A stretch of DNA of 64,000 nt. Source: Entomortierella parvispora E1425. Taxonomy: Eukaryota > Fungi > Mortierellomycota. Under the pieces are notes generated by a model that was given only the letters and a program-made list of their open reading frames with translations, was not told the DNA's origin and searched no databases. Where the stretch lies: positions 2,034-66,033 of the forward strand of contig LC659289.1 in assembly GCA_020891255.1 (NCBI GenBank), read 5' to 3'. Every line of letters begins with the position of its first letter. Position 1 is the first letter of the stretch. This document shows positions 43,582 through 56,130 of this stretch, piece after piece. The position numbers were made by a program, and so were the translations under genes.

Positions 43582-43761
43582 AACCTGGTTAGCTTTATAA
43601 AGTTCGTCCTTCCCTTAGCTCAGGATAGATATGATGATAAGTAAGGTCTCTAAATATATAAGTAAGTATATTAATATATTTTACATAATCTCCTTTAGGG
43701 ATAAAGCTCTTAAAAGGGTAAAAAGAGTTTAAACAGAGATAAAGAATTAATAAATAATAAA

Positions 43762-44760
43762 ATGATAATTAATAATACGATGACAATTAATAGTACAATT
43801 AATTCATTATTAGAAGCATTAATTGTAATAGGACCTTTATTGGGTTCAATAGCTTACGTAACTATTGCTGAACGTAAAATAATGGGAAGCATGCAGCGTC
43901 GAATAGGACCAAACAAAGTTGGTTATTATGGATTATTGCAAGCATTTGCAGATGCTTTAAAATTATTAGTAAAAGAATTAGTTTTACCTTCAAATACTGA
44001 TAAAATACTTTTTGTATTAGCACCTATGATTTCTTTAGTTTGTGGTTTATTAGTTTGGACTCTTATACCATATGGAAAAGGTTTAGTAATAGCTGATTTT
44101 TCATTAGGAATTGTTACAATTTTAGCTATATCTTCAGTAGCAGCTTATGGAATTATTTTAGCAGGTTGGGCTTCAAATAATAAATATTCATTTATTGGTT
44201 CTTTACGAGCTACAGCTCAATTAATAAGTTATGAAGTAGTTTTTGGGTTAATAATTTTATTAGTAATTTTTTTCGTAGGTTCATTTAATTTAACTACAAT
44301 TATAGAATCTCAAAAAGCTATTTGGTATATTGTACCGTTATTTCCTATAGCATTAATGTTTTTAATAGCTATATTAGCCGAAAGTAATAGAGCACCTTTT
44401 GATTTACCAGAATCAGAATCAGAATTAACAGCAGGGTTTATGACTGAATATTCGGCATTTCCTTTTGTATTTTTCTTCTTAGCGGAATATGGTGCCATAG
44501 TTTTCTTAAGTACATTAAGTTCTATCTTATTTTTAGGAGGTTACTTAGTACCTGGTATCGAGTCAAATGGTTTAATGACAGGTTTATCATTAGGATTTAA
44601 AACTTCTTTCATTTTATTCTTATTCATCTGGATAAGAGCAAGTTTCCCACGATTGAGGTACGATCAACTTATGTCAAGTATTTGGTCTAAAATGCTTCCT
44701 ATTGTTATAGCCTTTTCTATTTTAATCCCGTGTATCGTTAAAGCTTTTGAAATATATTAA
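43762..44760 (+). CDS. nad1: NADH dehydrogenase subunit 1 (alternative ATG at 43780)
   Basis: ERKIMGSMQRRIGPN, ESNRAPFDLPESESEL, PRLRYDQLM. Confidence 0.99.
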   Translation: MIINNTMTINSTINSLLEALIVIGPLLGSIAYVTIAERKIMGSMQRRIGPNKVGYYGLLQAFADALKLLVKELVLPSNTDKILFVLAPMISLVCGLLVWTLIPYGKGLVIADFSLGIVTILAISSVAAYGIILAGWASNNKYSFIGSLRATAQLISYEVVFGLIILLVIFFVGSFNLTTIIESQKAIWYIVPLFPIALMFLIAILAESNRAPFDLPESESELTAGFMTEYSAFPFVFFFLAEYGAIVFLSTLSSILFLGGYLVPGIESNGLMTGLSLGFKTSFILFLFIWIRASFPRLRYDQLMSSIWSKMLPIVIAFSILIPCIVKAFEIY

Positions 44761-45884
44761 TTTATAATCAAAACTTTTAAATATACACCCCCCCTTTTTT
44801 CCGGATTTTAACAGTAGTACTATATATAAAATAGAGTTTAGTTTCATATAAAACAAATATAATTAGTCATAAAAAGATATAGGGTATTTCTTTATTTAAT
44901 ATCTTTCCTACTTGTTAATTATTAATTTATTAAAAAATTTAATTATAAATCTATTTTTTTTAATAGTATTTTTATACTTATGTTATATGTTAGAGATTTA
45001 AAAAGAATTGTTAAAACAACACTATTATTTTAAATCTCTAATTTAATAATTTTTTCTTTTGTAAAATAACCTAATTTCTTATTAAGATTAATTCTTATAA
45101 TTTTTTAAAATGTAGACTTTGAAAAATCATAAAATTATTTAAATTATAATAAAGAGAATAAATTTAATATTTAATTTTTAAACATGGTTTAATTTTTAAA
45201 CATAGTTTATTTTTAATAAATTTATGAAATTTTCTTAAAATAATATTAAATTCATAAATTTAATTTATACTGAAAATTATAGTTTATTCAATATATATCT
45301 CTAATATATTAATAAATATTATATAAGGTTTAGTATTAATTTAAAACATCGTTTTTATTATTATTATTTTCTTTATGTTTTAGAATATTGTGATGTTAAA
45401 AATTAATTTTATAAGAACAATATTATATAGATTTACTAATTTCTCATATTATATTTATTTTACAGTTAATTTATAATTAGGTTACAAATATAATAAAGAT
45501 TTTAAAAGTATATAAAAAATATAATAATACGCCATATTAAGAATGATAAGTTATTATAGATAAATGAATTTTCCACATTTATTTTTAATTTAATTTTAAA
45601 ACAAGACAAGGATATTTAATTCTTATTTATAATAGGATTATAATATTATAATAGGATTATAATTTTATACTTAATGACTAAAATAAAGATACTAATTTTA
45701 TAAATTTATAAACTCTTCTTTCCCTTTAATAAAATTATTATTAATAATTTTAAAATTTAATTTTAAAATAAATGGTTATAATATAATTTTATCGTTATTA
45801 ATACTTAATTATTAAATATTATTTTTATACAAAATTTTTTTATTTAAATATTATTAGAATTATTAAATATATTCTTAATTGCTC

Positions 45885-45960
45885 ATTGTGATATAACAGA
45901 GCCATGGGAATTATTATTTCAAGATGATGCATCATCTTTTGAAGGAATTGTAGATTTTCA
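45885..45960 (+). pseudogene. Shadow of cox2 5' coding region
   Basis: CDITEPWELLFQDDASSFEGIVDFH versus Cox2 [26 protein letters not shown] (46760-46838). Confidence 0.88.
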
Positions 45961-46079
45961 TTTTAATTCTAAAATTAATTATGATTATTTAGCCTTTATT
46001 TCAAGATTTAGAAATTTTACAAGTAATAATTCTCAAATGTATATAATAATGATATTAATAAATTAAACTCTAATTCTGT

Positions 46080-46475
46080 AATAGATTTTACTGATGCTAA
46101 GGATTGTTTTCAATAAAAATTATTAAAGTAAATCATATAGTACAGGTTGATAAATACAAGTTGTATTTTTAATAAGACTTTATGTTAAAAATATAGAAGT
46201 TTTATATAAAATAAAGGAATACTTTAAAGATGTCGGTCGAATAAAAAAAGTATTAACTCAATAAGTTATTAATCCAGAAATTACGAAATTAGATAATTTA
46301 GTTAATGTTACAATTCCACATTTTAAAAAATATCTTTTACAATCAGTCAAAGGAATTAACTTAATAATTTCATCATTTGGACTAAAATAATAGAACTATA
46401 ACAAATAGAGTTCATTTAACAGAGAAAGGTAGAGTTAAATTAAGAGAATTAAAATCTTTTTTAAATAAAGATTAA
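46080..46475 (+). pseudogene. Decayed LAGLIDADG endonuclease
   Basis: DFTDAKDCF (eroded GFTDAEGCF), IPHFKKYLLQSVK, HLTEKGRVKL remnants; C motif ATACCCC at ~46548. Confidence 0.7.
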
Positions 46476-46719
46476 TTTAAAAGTTTTTATTGTAAGCAAG
46501 ATATATCAAGTATGTTTATTTAATATAATTTTATTATTGATTAATAAATACCCCTTCTCACGGATCTATTTCATGGTTCTCTAATCTTATTAACAGATAA
46601 ATAATAATGAATAGTTAAATTCATATTTATACTAGACTTTTATTTAAAGCGGCTATGACCGTTATCAATACTTAATTATTAAGTATTATTTTTTTGTACG
46701 AAACTTTTTTTTTTTAATT

Positions 46720-47416
46720 ATGTTATCAAATTTTTTATTTAAATTATTACCCACTGTTAATTGTGACGTAGCTGAACCGTGGCAATTATCTTTCCAAGAT
46801 GGTGCATCACCATCTTTTGAAGGAATTGTAGATCTTCATGACCAAATAATGTTTTATTTAGTAATAATTGTTATTGGAGTATCTTGGATGTTAGGTATAA
46901 TTATAGTTAAATTCAATACAGCTAAAAATCCTATTGTATACAAATATTTTACACATGGTACAGTTATAGAATTAATCTGGACTGTAACTCCTGCATTTGT
47001 ATTAGTTGCAATAGCATTTCCAAGTTTTAGATTATTATATCTTATGGATGAAGTAATAGATCCTGCAATTACTGTTAAAGCTGTAGGTTCTCAATGGTTC
47101 TGGAGTTATGAATATTCTGATTATATTTCAGATTCTGGAGAACCAATAGCTTTTGATAGTTTTATGGTACCTGAAGCTGATTTAGAAGAAGGTCAATTTA
47201 GATTACTTGAAGTAGATAATAGAGTAGTATTACCTGTTGATACACATGTAAGATTTATATTAACAGGAAGTGACGTTATTCATTCTTTTGCCGTACCAGC
47301 TCTAGGTCTTAAATTAGATGCAATCCCAGGACGGTTGAACCAAACTTCAACGTTTATTAACAGAGAAGGTTTATTCTACGGACAATGTTCAGAGATTTGT
47401 GGTGTAAACCATGGGT
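46720..47416 (+). CDS. cox2: cox2 exon 1
   Basis: [25 protein letters not shown]. Confidence 0.97.
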
Positions 47417-47684
47417 AAAAAAAAGCCCCTTAAAATAGTAATATTTTAATGCAAATAGGGAAAATTGCAAGGACATCCATAAATGGACAATTTGCAGCGG
47501 AGCGTATATCAGTGTTTAAAAGGTATACGAACGTTCAACGACTAATCGGTGAGCCACACTAGCAATAAACCGGACACGATAACCCTACAACCAATTATTA
47601 TAATTAACTGGTTGATGACATAGTCTAAGCCAATAGGTAACTATTGGAGGATAAAGCTAAACACTTTATCGATAATAATAACTG
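47417..47684 (+). mobile_element. ORF-less 268-nt group I intron (IC2-like) in cox2
   Basis: Exon ends U, intron ends G; GTTCAACGACTAA and GATGACATAGTCT; splicing restores HGFMPIV. Confidence 0.9.
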
Positions 47685-47755
47685 TTATGCCAATTGTGAT
47701 TGAGGCTGTTTCTTTAGAGAAATATATGGCCTGGCTTAACGAGCAATTAAGCTAA
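47685..47755 (+). CDS. cox2: cox2 exon 2
   Basis: (F)MPIVIEAVSLEKYMAWLNEQLS*; TAA overlaps the C motif. Confidence 0.92.
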
Positions 47756-47950
47756 ACTCCCCCCCCCCTTTGACTTTTTATAGTGTTATAGGATTACTCT
47801 AAAAATTTAAAGATTTCTATCTTAATATGTAATTACATAAAGACATAGAAATAAATAATATTCATATCTTTTAAAATCAAAAATTATTAAAAGAGGATAA
47901 TATTTAATTAAAAATAATTTAGAAAGTAAGTTCGATTCTTACATCTGGAT

Positions 47951-48132
47951 ATAAATATCAAGGGAGGCGTAATCGCCACTCGTCCTAGTCTGATTTTATA
48001 GTTTTATTTAACTATATTGGTCCGGATAATCAAAGCTTTGATCTATCATAGGCTGAGATTTTTTATTTGAAAAAAAACTAGGAAAGTTATATTTAACATG
48101 GACTAAATTAGGATTAAAGAGGGAAAACAATA
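47951..48132. repeat. 182-bp perfect inverted repeat, copy A
   Basis: Exact reverse complement of 57879-58060. Confidence 0.95.
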
Positions 48133-48681
48133 CTTAATATATAATGAAAAATAAAAAAATTTAAAAAATTTTAATTAATTAACTAAAAAAATAATAATCT
48201 GAATTTACTTATACTTTTTGTTTATTTGTGATAAATTAATTTTTAATTTATTATATTTATTAAATGATATCTAAACCTTTTTAATTAAATGTGGAATTTT
48301 TTGAATATGTTAAATATGTTTAGAATAAGCTAAGTAAATTTTTATGGAATATTAATAAGGAATATTCTTTTCATTATCATGATGTGAAACACATTTTAAA
48401 ATTGTTTATAAAATAAAACATTATTTATAAAAAGTTAAGTTAACTAAAAAATTAATGAATTTTATATATACTTTAGCGAAAATAGAAATATTCTTAAAAA
48501 TGTTTTTTAAACTATAATTAGAAAGATGTACTATCATTTATGGTAAAATGAATTTTTTTGCCTGTTTTTTAGTAACTATTTCTTTAAAAATAGATTAATT
48601 CTTCTTTAAATCTTAGTTAGAATTTGTTTATTAATTAAGTTTTGTTTTTAAAAATAATAAGACTTTTTCACGATCATGGTA

Positions 48682-48753
48682 TGGAGACAAAAAGACTCGA
48701 ACTTTTCTCTTTGGTATGCAAAACCAATATATTACCAGATATACGATGTCCCC
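48682..48753 (-). tRNA. trnA: tRNA-Ala(UGC)
   Basis: TTGGT-TTTGCAT-ACCAA; G3-U70 pair. Confidence 0.94.
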
Positions 48754-48907
48754 ATATTTATTATGATGTAAATTACCCTCTAGAATTAATTATTTCTATT
48801 AAAATTAAATTTACATTTTTACTACTTTTATTTTGAAATTAAATTTGTTAAAAATTAACATTTCATCTTTTTTATTATTTGGGTTAGATAGTATAAATGA
48901 ATATTTT

Positions 48908-48990
48908 TATGGGTAGTGAGACTTGAACTCACATGATAATAAATCAAGTTAGCCTAAATAACTCGCGTAAACCAATTCCGCCTTACCCAT
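48908..48990 (-). tRNA. trnL: tRNA-Leu(UAG)
   Basis: AGTTA-TTTAGGC-TAACT, variable arm. Confidence 0.92.
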
Positions 48991-49409
48991 ATTTATATGT
49001 TATATCTGTTTACACCTACTTTATTAGAAAAGATATTAAAATAATTTTTATTCTTAATTTTACTAATAAGAATATTTTTTATATAAAAGATAATAGTTTA
49101 ATTAGTAAAGTGTTCGATTCTAAATAGCTTATTTACAATTTAATTCTTCTTACCTTAAACAAAAAAAAATGATAATATTCGAATTAATTACTTTAGTACT
49201 GTCTATATCGTTAATTTATAATTATTTGTTAACAATCTTAGTCACAGATTTGCTTTTTATATAATCTCTATTCTTATATTATATCTCGGAGATTTATTGA
49301 GGGTTATTTTAAACAATTTTATTTTCTCTAATTTCTCCAATCTCGGGTAATTTTCTTTAATAGAAAAATTTGATATATTAATATTATATACTTCACCTTT
49401 TCAAAATAG

Positions 49410-50200
49410 TTTTTATTAGTACTTATAATGGTTTATTCTAATGGAAAAATAGATAAATTACGAATTTTATCTAATAGTAAAGGTCTTGCTGAAATATATC
49501 TATGGACTCATAAAGTGTCAAGTAAAAAATATATTGGTAGTGTAGTAGATCTATCTAAACGATTAGAATCTTATTATGTATTTTCATCGCTAAAATAAAA
49601 AAATATTTGTATTTTTAAAGCTATAATTTCACATAGTCATTTGACCTTCAGTTATTTATTATAGAATATGTATATATATTCGTATCTAACTTATTTAATA
49701 TAAAAATACGTTTATTGATTCTTTCTAGAGAATAAATAAATTTAGATAAAATGTTTTTAGAAGATAATCAGATTCTTATAACATACTAAAGATAGCTGGC
49801 TCTCCGTTAGGTTACAAACATATAGAAAAAGCTTTAGAAAAATTTAGAAGTAAAATTATCCTTTATTTGGTAAATCTTGTTTACCTGAAACTCAAATTAG
49901 GATTAACAAAACAATTATAAGTAAAACTCATTCTGTTGAAACTAAAGTTTTAATTAGAAAAGTAGGTAAAGTAAATATATTTCGGCTGAAACCAAAGCTT
50001 TGATGTCTTTAGTAAAATATAAAACTATATTTGTTTATACTTTAGATACTGATTCTAAAAATATAACTTTATATAAATTATTTAATTCTTGTACAGATAC
50101 TGCAAAACACTTTGATTGTTCTACACGTACTTTATCTAGATATTTAGATAAAAATATATTATACAAAGATTAATAGATATTGTTATCATCCTTAATTAAG
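49410..50200 (+). pseudogene. Decayed GIY-YIG endonuclease
   Basis: EIYLWTHKVSSKKYIGSVVDLS, SYNILKIAGSPLG. Confidence 0.8.
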
Positions 50201-50243
50201 AGTAAATAGTTTAAAAACTGTCTCTATAATATAATAATATATT

Positions 50244-50316
50244 AGGATGATAGTTTAATTGGTTAAAGCAGTCGACTCCAAACCGACAAATGGAGGTTCA
50301 AGTCTTCCTCGTCCTG
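50244..50316 (+). tRNA. trnW: tRNA-Trp(CCA)
   Basis: GTCGA-CTCCAAA-CCGAC. Confidence 0.92.
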
Positions 50317-50607
50317 CAATAGGTTTATTTTTCTAATTTCAACAAATAGAGTTAATTAATTAATTAAATAGGTAACTGACTTAAGCAAACGTGATAGTCT
50401 ATTTTTATCTTTTTATTATTAATAATAACAGGATTATTTTCTATTTGAAATATAATCAGTTTCATATTTAGTGTATTAGATAAAATCAATATAAAATTGT
50501 TAAGTGTAAAATTACTATAGAGATATCTATGAGAATTTCTTAAAATCAATATTCTTTCAATTAAAATTAAGAGTTATGGTTATTATGGGATTTATATTAT
50601 AATTAAT

Positions 50608-51405
50608 ATGCAAAAAACTATACAATCACATCCTTTCCATTTAGTAGAACCTTCACCTTGGCCGTTAGCGGCTTCATTAGCATTATTAACTACAACACTT
50701 AGTGGTGTTATGTATTTTAATAATTATGCAAATGGTGGTTTATTATTAACATTAGGTTTAATTTCTACTGTATTATCTATGAGTCTTTGGTTTAGAGATA
50801 TAATAATAGAAGGAACCTTTCAAGGATCTCATACTTCTAAAGTACAACAAGGATTAACATTAGGATTTATTTTATTCGTAATTTCTGAAGTATTTTTCTT
50901 TATTTCTCTTTTCTGGGCTTTCTTCCATTCAGCTTTAAGTCCTACAGTGGAATTAGGTTGTATGTGGCCTCCAGCAGGTATTCAAGTTATGAACCCTTGG
51001 GAAGTTCCTTTATTAAATACAGTTTTATTATTATCTTCAGGGGCTACTGTAACTTTAGCTCATCATGGATTAATACAAGGTAATAGAAAATTCACTATTT
51101 ATGGACTTATTGCTACTATAATTTTAGCAATACTTTTCACAGGATTCCAAGGATTCGAATATATTAATGCTCCTTTCACAATCGCAGATTCTGTTTATGG
51201 TAGTACATTCTATTTTACAACAGGATTTCATGGATTTCATGTACTTATTGGTACAATATTTATAGCTGTAGGTTTATATAGAGTTATAAATTATCATTTT
51301 ACTGATTTCCATCACGTAGGGTTAGAAGCTGCAATTATATATTGGCATTTTGTTGATATTGTGTGGTTATTAGTGTTCATTTTCTTCTATTATTGGGGTT
51401 CATAA
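50608..51405 (+). CDS. cox3: Cytochrome c oxidase subunit 3
   Basis: HPFHLVEPSPWP, TGFHGFHV, YWHFVDIVWL. Confidence 0.99.
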   Translation: MQKTIQSHPFHLVEPSPWPLAASLALLTTTLSGVMYFNNYANGGLLLTLGLISTVLSMSLWFRDIIIEGTFQGSHTSKVQQGLTLGFILFVISEVFFFISLFWAFFHSALSPTVELGCMWPPAGIQVMNPWEVPLLNTVLLLSSGATVTLAHHGLIQGNRKFTIYGLIATIILAILFTGFQGFEYINAPFTIADSVYGSTFYFTTGFHGFHVLIGTIFIAVGLYRVINYHFTDFHHVGLEAAIIYWHFVDIVWLLVFIFFYYWGS

Positions 51406-52229
51406 TAACCCAACTAATAAAACTCCCCCCTATTTTATATATATCTAATAAAATATTAAGTCTCTTTATGATAATTAAGCTTATAGAGTTTAGTTATTAT
51501 TTTATTGTATCTATAATATTTAGAAAGGATGGGATAAAGCTACTTTACATATTATCCTAGATAAAAAATATAAAGAATATTTTTATATAGAAGAAAGGAT
51601 AATACTAATATAAATTTTATGTTTAAAGCATTTTTCAAATTTTTGAATAAAAATTTTTTAAATAAATAAAATGACTAAGACATTTTAAATTAATTATTAT
51701 TTGAAATATTAATAATAATTTATCCAAATATTAATAATAATTTATCCAAACATTAAGAATTAATTATTAATATTTGGAATATAACCAAAATATTAAGAAT
51801 ATAACTAGGATATTTCTAAATATATAATAATATTAATTAAGATTTTGTTGGAAACTTATTAATATAGAATGAAAATTTTTAATATTCCGTATATATTTTT
51901 ATATTTAGTTATAAATATTTTTCTGAATCTATAAAGTTTATAATTAGTTTTTGAATTTAAAAATTAATTATTATAGAATCTTAATATTTTTTGATTGAGA
52001 ATTTTTAGACTGTAAATTATTTTTATTTAAAATTAAAATGGGTAAAATTTAATACTAATTTAAAAGAAGGAGGTATTTATACAATTTATCATAATGTATA
52101 TTTATTGTGTATATTTCCCTACAATAATTCTGAATAATTAAATCTTAATTATGTATTAATCTTGTTGAATTGAATATAACATCCATTGGTTTTTATATAA
52201 TTAATTTTTATTTAAATAATATGATATTA

Positions 52230-52870
52230 TTTTAGTATTATATTCAAAGAGTTTAGTAGCATCCCTATCAGTATTAAAAGATTTATATGGTATAGTTTCT
52301 TGAGTTTCTGAATTAAAATAATAAAAAAATAATCCTTTTAATAAAAAATATATTTTTTTTTTATTAATTTAGCAATTCTTAATTTCACACAAGTTTTATA
52401 GAAGGTGATTTATTATAACTAGAGTTTTTATCTTGTCGAACTAAGCTAATTAAAATTTTGGTTTCATCTAAGTGATTTTCACTGAATATTCTATTTCCTT
52501 CTTTTCTTTATGAGTTGCCTAATTTTAGCATGGATTTTTTGTTAGTATACAATTTGTTGGAGAACCTGTTTCAGTAAAAATATTATATTATGGTTTATGC
52601 TGGTTTAAATATCTTTGTTTATTGTTAATAGTACTTCTTTATTTTTAATAATAAATTCTTTAATAACTAATTTAAACCCTTTTCAAGAGTATATTAACTA
52701 TTTCTTTTCTCTATATAATAAAAGTATATGAGTATAATTAAGATTAGAATCAACTCTAACATAGTATCGGATTCTTTCCCATAAATTTATAGAAGAATCT
52801 ATATAAGTTTTGGAAGGATCCTCTTTATTTATAAATTGATAAATTCCGCATTTTCCTTTAAGGTCTTTTT
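52230..52870 (-). pseudogene. Decayed GIY-YIG endonuclease downstream of nad4
   Basis: KCGIYQFINKEDPSKTYIDSSINL at ~52850-52780; NUMOD remnants. Confidence 0.7.
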
Positions 52871-52990
52871 GTATTTAAGATTGAGAACTAATAATATTTT
52901 CATAAATATATAATGGGTTTATTAAATTAGATTTCTCTTTATTAAATTCTTCTTTATTTTTATTTAATAAGATAAAAGCGAGGAATAAAC

Positions 52991-54451
52991 TTAATAAGAC
53001 TTCAGAGGGGGGGTGTTTACCGAAATTAGTAAAGAACTTAATCCAAGATGAAGTGACTCTAATACTATGTTAGGGTAAATACCTAAAATGAAAGAAACAA
53101 TTATTAATGGTAATACAACGAAAAATTCTCTTCTAGTAATATCTGGCATAGTGCTCATATAACGAGAAGCTTGACCGAACGCAACTCTATTAAATAACCA
53201 GATAGAATAAGCTGCAGATAAGAACATACCAGTAGCACCAAGAATAGTAATTATTGGGTTTAGTTGGAAAGCTCCGGCGTATGACATAAACTCACCAATA
53301 AAATTACCAGAGAATGGAGTACCAATATTTGCAAGTGTAGCAAAGAAGAATATTAATGATAATATTGGCATAGATGTTGCAATACCTCGGTAGTATTTAA
53401 TAATTCTAGTATGGGATCTTACATATAAGATATCACCTACAATAATAAATAATAAAGGAGAGATAACACCATGGGCTAATCCTAATATAACAGCACCTTC
53501 AAGACCTTGAAGATTGTTAGAGAATAATCCTAAAACAACTACTCCCATATGCGAAACTGAACTATAGGCGATAATAGCTTTAACATCTATTAATCTTAAA
53601 CAAGTTAAAGAAGCATAAATAATACTTATTACAGCAAGTGTATAGATTAAAGGTGTAAAATATAAGGTAGCTTCTGGGAAATAAGGGATCATAACTCGTA
53701 ACGCTAAATAAGTAGCCAATTTAAGGATTACACCTGCCAATAATACTGATCCTCCTATCGGTGCAGCTACATGTGCAAATCCTAGCCATACATGACCAGG
53801 AATTAATGGAGTTTTAACTATAAAAGCTATTAAAAATCCTACAAATAATAATTTTTGAATATCCGTACCAAAATCTATAGTAGATAAGATTTGAAAATCT
53901 GTAGTTCCTGTTAATATGTAAATAGTAATAATTGATAATAACATAAATAATGATCCTGCTAAAGTATATAAGAATAATAAAAATCCTGCTTTTTCCTTAG
54001 TTAATAAATCTCCATAACTTAATATGATTATAAATAAAGGAATTAAGATTGATTCAAAGAATATATAGAATAATAATAAATCTAAAACTATAAAAGTTGC
54101 TATTAATAAACTTTCTAAAATTAAAAAATTTAATAAATAATGTTTAAGACTATTTTTATGATTCCAGCTTGTCAATATTATAATTGGGAATAAAAACGTA
54201 GTTAATAATATAAAAAATAACGAGATACCATCAATCCCTACATTAAAATGACAGAATGAGATTTCAGTCCATTCTTGAACAAATTGGTATTCATGAGTGT
54301 TATTGTCGAATTTAGCCCATATTACCATAGAAACGAAAAAATTTAAAATCATAGATCCTAGTGTGATCTGTTTCATTAATGATTCATTTTTGTTTACAAA
54401 AAGTAAACTTAAAGCACCTATTAAAGGTATAAAAAATAATGCTGTAAGCAT
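52991..54451 (-). CDS. nad4: NADH dehydrogenase subunit 4
   Basis: FYIFFESILIP, KAIIAYSSVSHM, AHGVISPLLF. Confidence 0.99.
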   Translation of the reverse strand: MLTALFFIPLIGALSLLFVNKNESLMKQITLGSMILNFFVSMVIWAKFDNNTHEYQFVQEWTEISFCHFNVGIDGISLFFILLTTFLFPIIILTSWNHKNSLKHYLLNFLILESLLIATFIVLDLLLFYIFFESILIPLFIIILSYGDLLTKEKAGFLLFLYTLAGSLFMLLSIITIYILTGTTDFQILSTIDFGTDIQKLLFVGFLIAFIVKTPLIPGHVWLGFAHVAAPIGGSVLLAGVILKLATYLALRVMIPYFPEATLYFTPLIYTLAVISIIYASLTCLRLIDVKAIIAYSSVSHMGVVVLGLFSNNLQGLEGAVILGLAHGVISPLLFIIVGDILYVRSHTRIIKYYRGIATSMPILSLIFFFATLANIGTPFSGNFIGEFMSYAGAFQLNPIITILGATGMFLSAAYSIWLFNRVAFGQASRYMSTMPDITRREFFVVLPLIIVSFILGIYPNIVLESLHLGLSSLLISVNTPPLKSY

Positions 54452-55940
54452 ATTGATTATTATATTTAACGCCTTTGAGGCGATGTTTAATTTCTAATTT
54501 TTATTTAATTTCTTAATAAAGCTCAAACAAGTATCAGGAAACTTTCTAAATCCCTTTAACAAATTGTAAGAGTTTATGAAATAACTCTCTTTATTCGAGG
54601 TATAATCTTTATTATAAAAAAATAATCTATGGACTATTTTAGTTGTCTTAATTATTTTTCCTTTTTTTTTAAAGAAAGAAAGTTCCAGGAAGAAATTAAA
54701 TAAAAATAATTTTTTTGCTTGATTTATTATAATTTAACGATATATAGATAAGAATATTTTTAATGAGAAATATTGGATATTATATTTATATTTGGGAGAG
54801 AGTTTATTTATTACTTACGGTAAAGTTTTTTATGGCCTCTTATGTTGTTTAATAATTGATTTGTTTCATTAAATAAAATAATAAAGAATACCTATTATAA
54901 GAATTACCAAAATTATATTAATCATTTAATAGCATAATTTTTAATATATTATGTTTGTTATTCTTTATATAGATTAATTAATATTTTACTTAATTAAAAT
55001 TACATAATTATATGTTAATAAAATTTAAGAATTTAGTGATTACTCGTTAAATTTATAAGAATAAAGAGATATTTAACAATAAATTAATAATTTCATATAA
55101 AGTATATAAATATTATAATGTTTTATTTAAGACTTAAAAATAATATTTACTGATCTTAAAATAATTAATCATTTTTAGCATATTTAAATATAATTGTTTA
55201 AGAAATTTCTATAATTATTATTTTTCTAGCTGAAATGAAGGTATTCAATAATGTTATATTATCACTATTATAAACATAAATAGTATAATCTTTAACTTTA
55301 CTTATATTTATTTAAGTTTCTAGGTAATTGTTATACCTTTTACAGATTCATTTATTTTAACATATGTCTCGATTGAGATAGTTATCTCAAATCTATGATT
55401 ATTCATACTTTTCATATTTTTATTAATGAATTTTCGTAATTCAAATGAATGTATTTGTTTTAAAAACTTTTTTTTATTTTTAGATCTTAAATTCAGGTTC
55501 TAAATTATTTAAATTATATTATTTGTATTGTAATATTAATTTTCGTGTCTCTTTCTTAGAAAAATTTGTATATCTATTATTTCAATAACGGTTAAAGAAA
55601 ATGCCTTATAATCATGATAAATAAATGCATTACAAAACATAGATTATTTAATTCATTCTAAATAGGGTTTAAAAATAAGAATTAAAATGTAAACGTAAAT
55701 GATGTAAGATCTTATATATCTTAAATTTTAATTTAATAGTATTCATAAATATATCTTTATTTTTCTCTTGAGTATCAGTTAAAATTAATAATCTTTCAAT
55801 ATTAATATTTTTATAAAGATAGTATAATTACTTTTACTAAATTTATTTTCATTCTTATTATTAACTAAATAATGATGAATTCTTTAAGAAATAGTTTTAA
55901 AAATTAAATTTGTTAGAATTATGAATAAGGGGGTGTTAAT

Positions 55941-56006
55941 TTAAGGTAAAATTGACACGTTATTTGATATTGGTTTAGATGATGAAATCCAAACTTTCAC
56001 AGTAAT
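55941..56006 (-). pseudogene. Displaced rps3 3' end
   Basis: ITVKVWISSSKPISNNVSILP* versus Rps3 ISIKVWLSSS; followed by AACACCCCC (55937-55929). Confidence 0.75.
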
Positions 56007-56130
56007 CTGGAACTTATACTTTAACTCATAAGATATGTAGTATATATTTATACACCCTACTAATATCTTATTATTTCCTATTATGGAAATCAAGTTAAAT
56101 TTCTTATTTTTATCTTAAACTTTGCTATTT

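Noticed and set aside
47951-48132. 182-bp repeat as tmRNA, 5S rRNA, second rnpB or group I intron core
   Set aside because: No tRNA-Ala-like acceptor or T-arm, no CR-V partner for GGAAAGTT, and P7-like words are in the wrong order
51708-51751. 2 x 22-nt AT-rich direct repeat
   Set aside because: Low-complexity slippage; no further structure
52060-52200. Possible displaced nad4 3' end after the GIY-YIG pseudogene
   Set aside because: Only a degenerate C motif; no convincing amino-acid match
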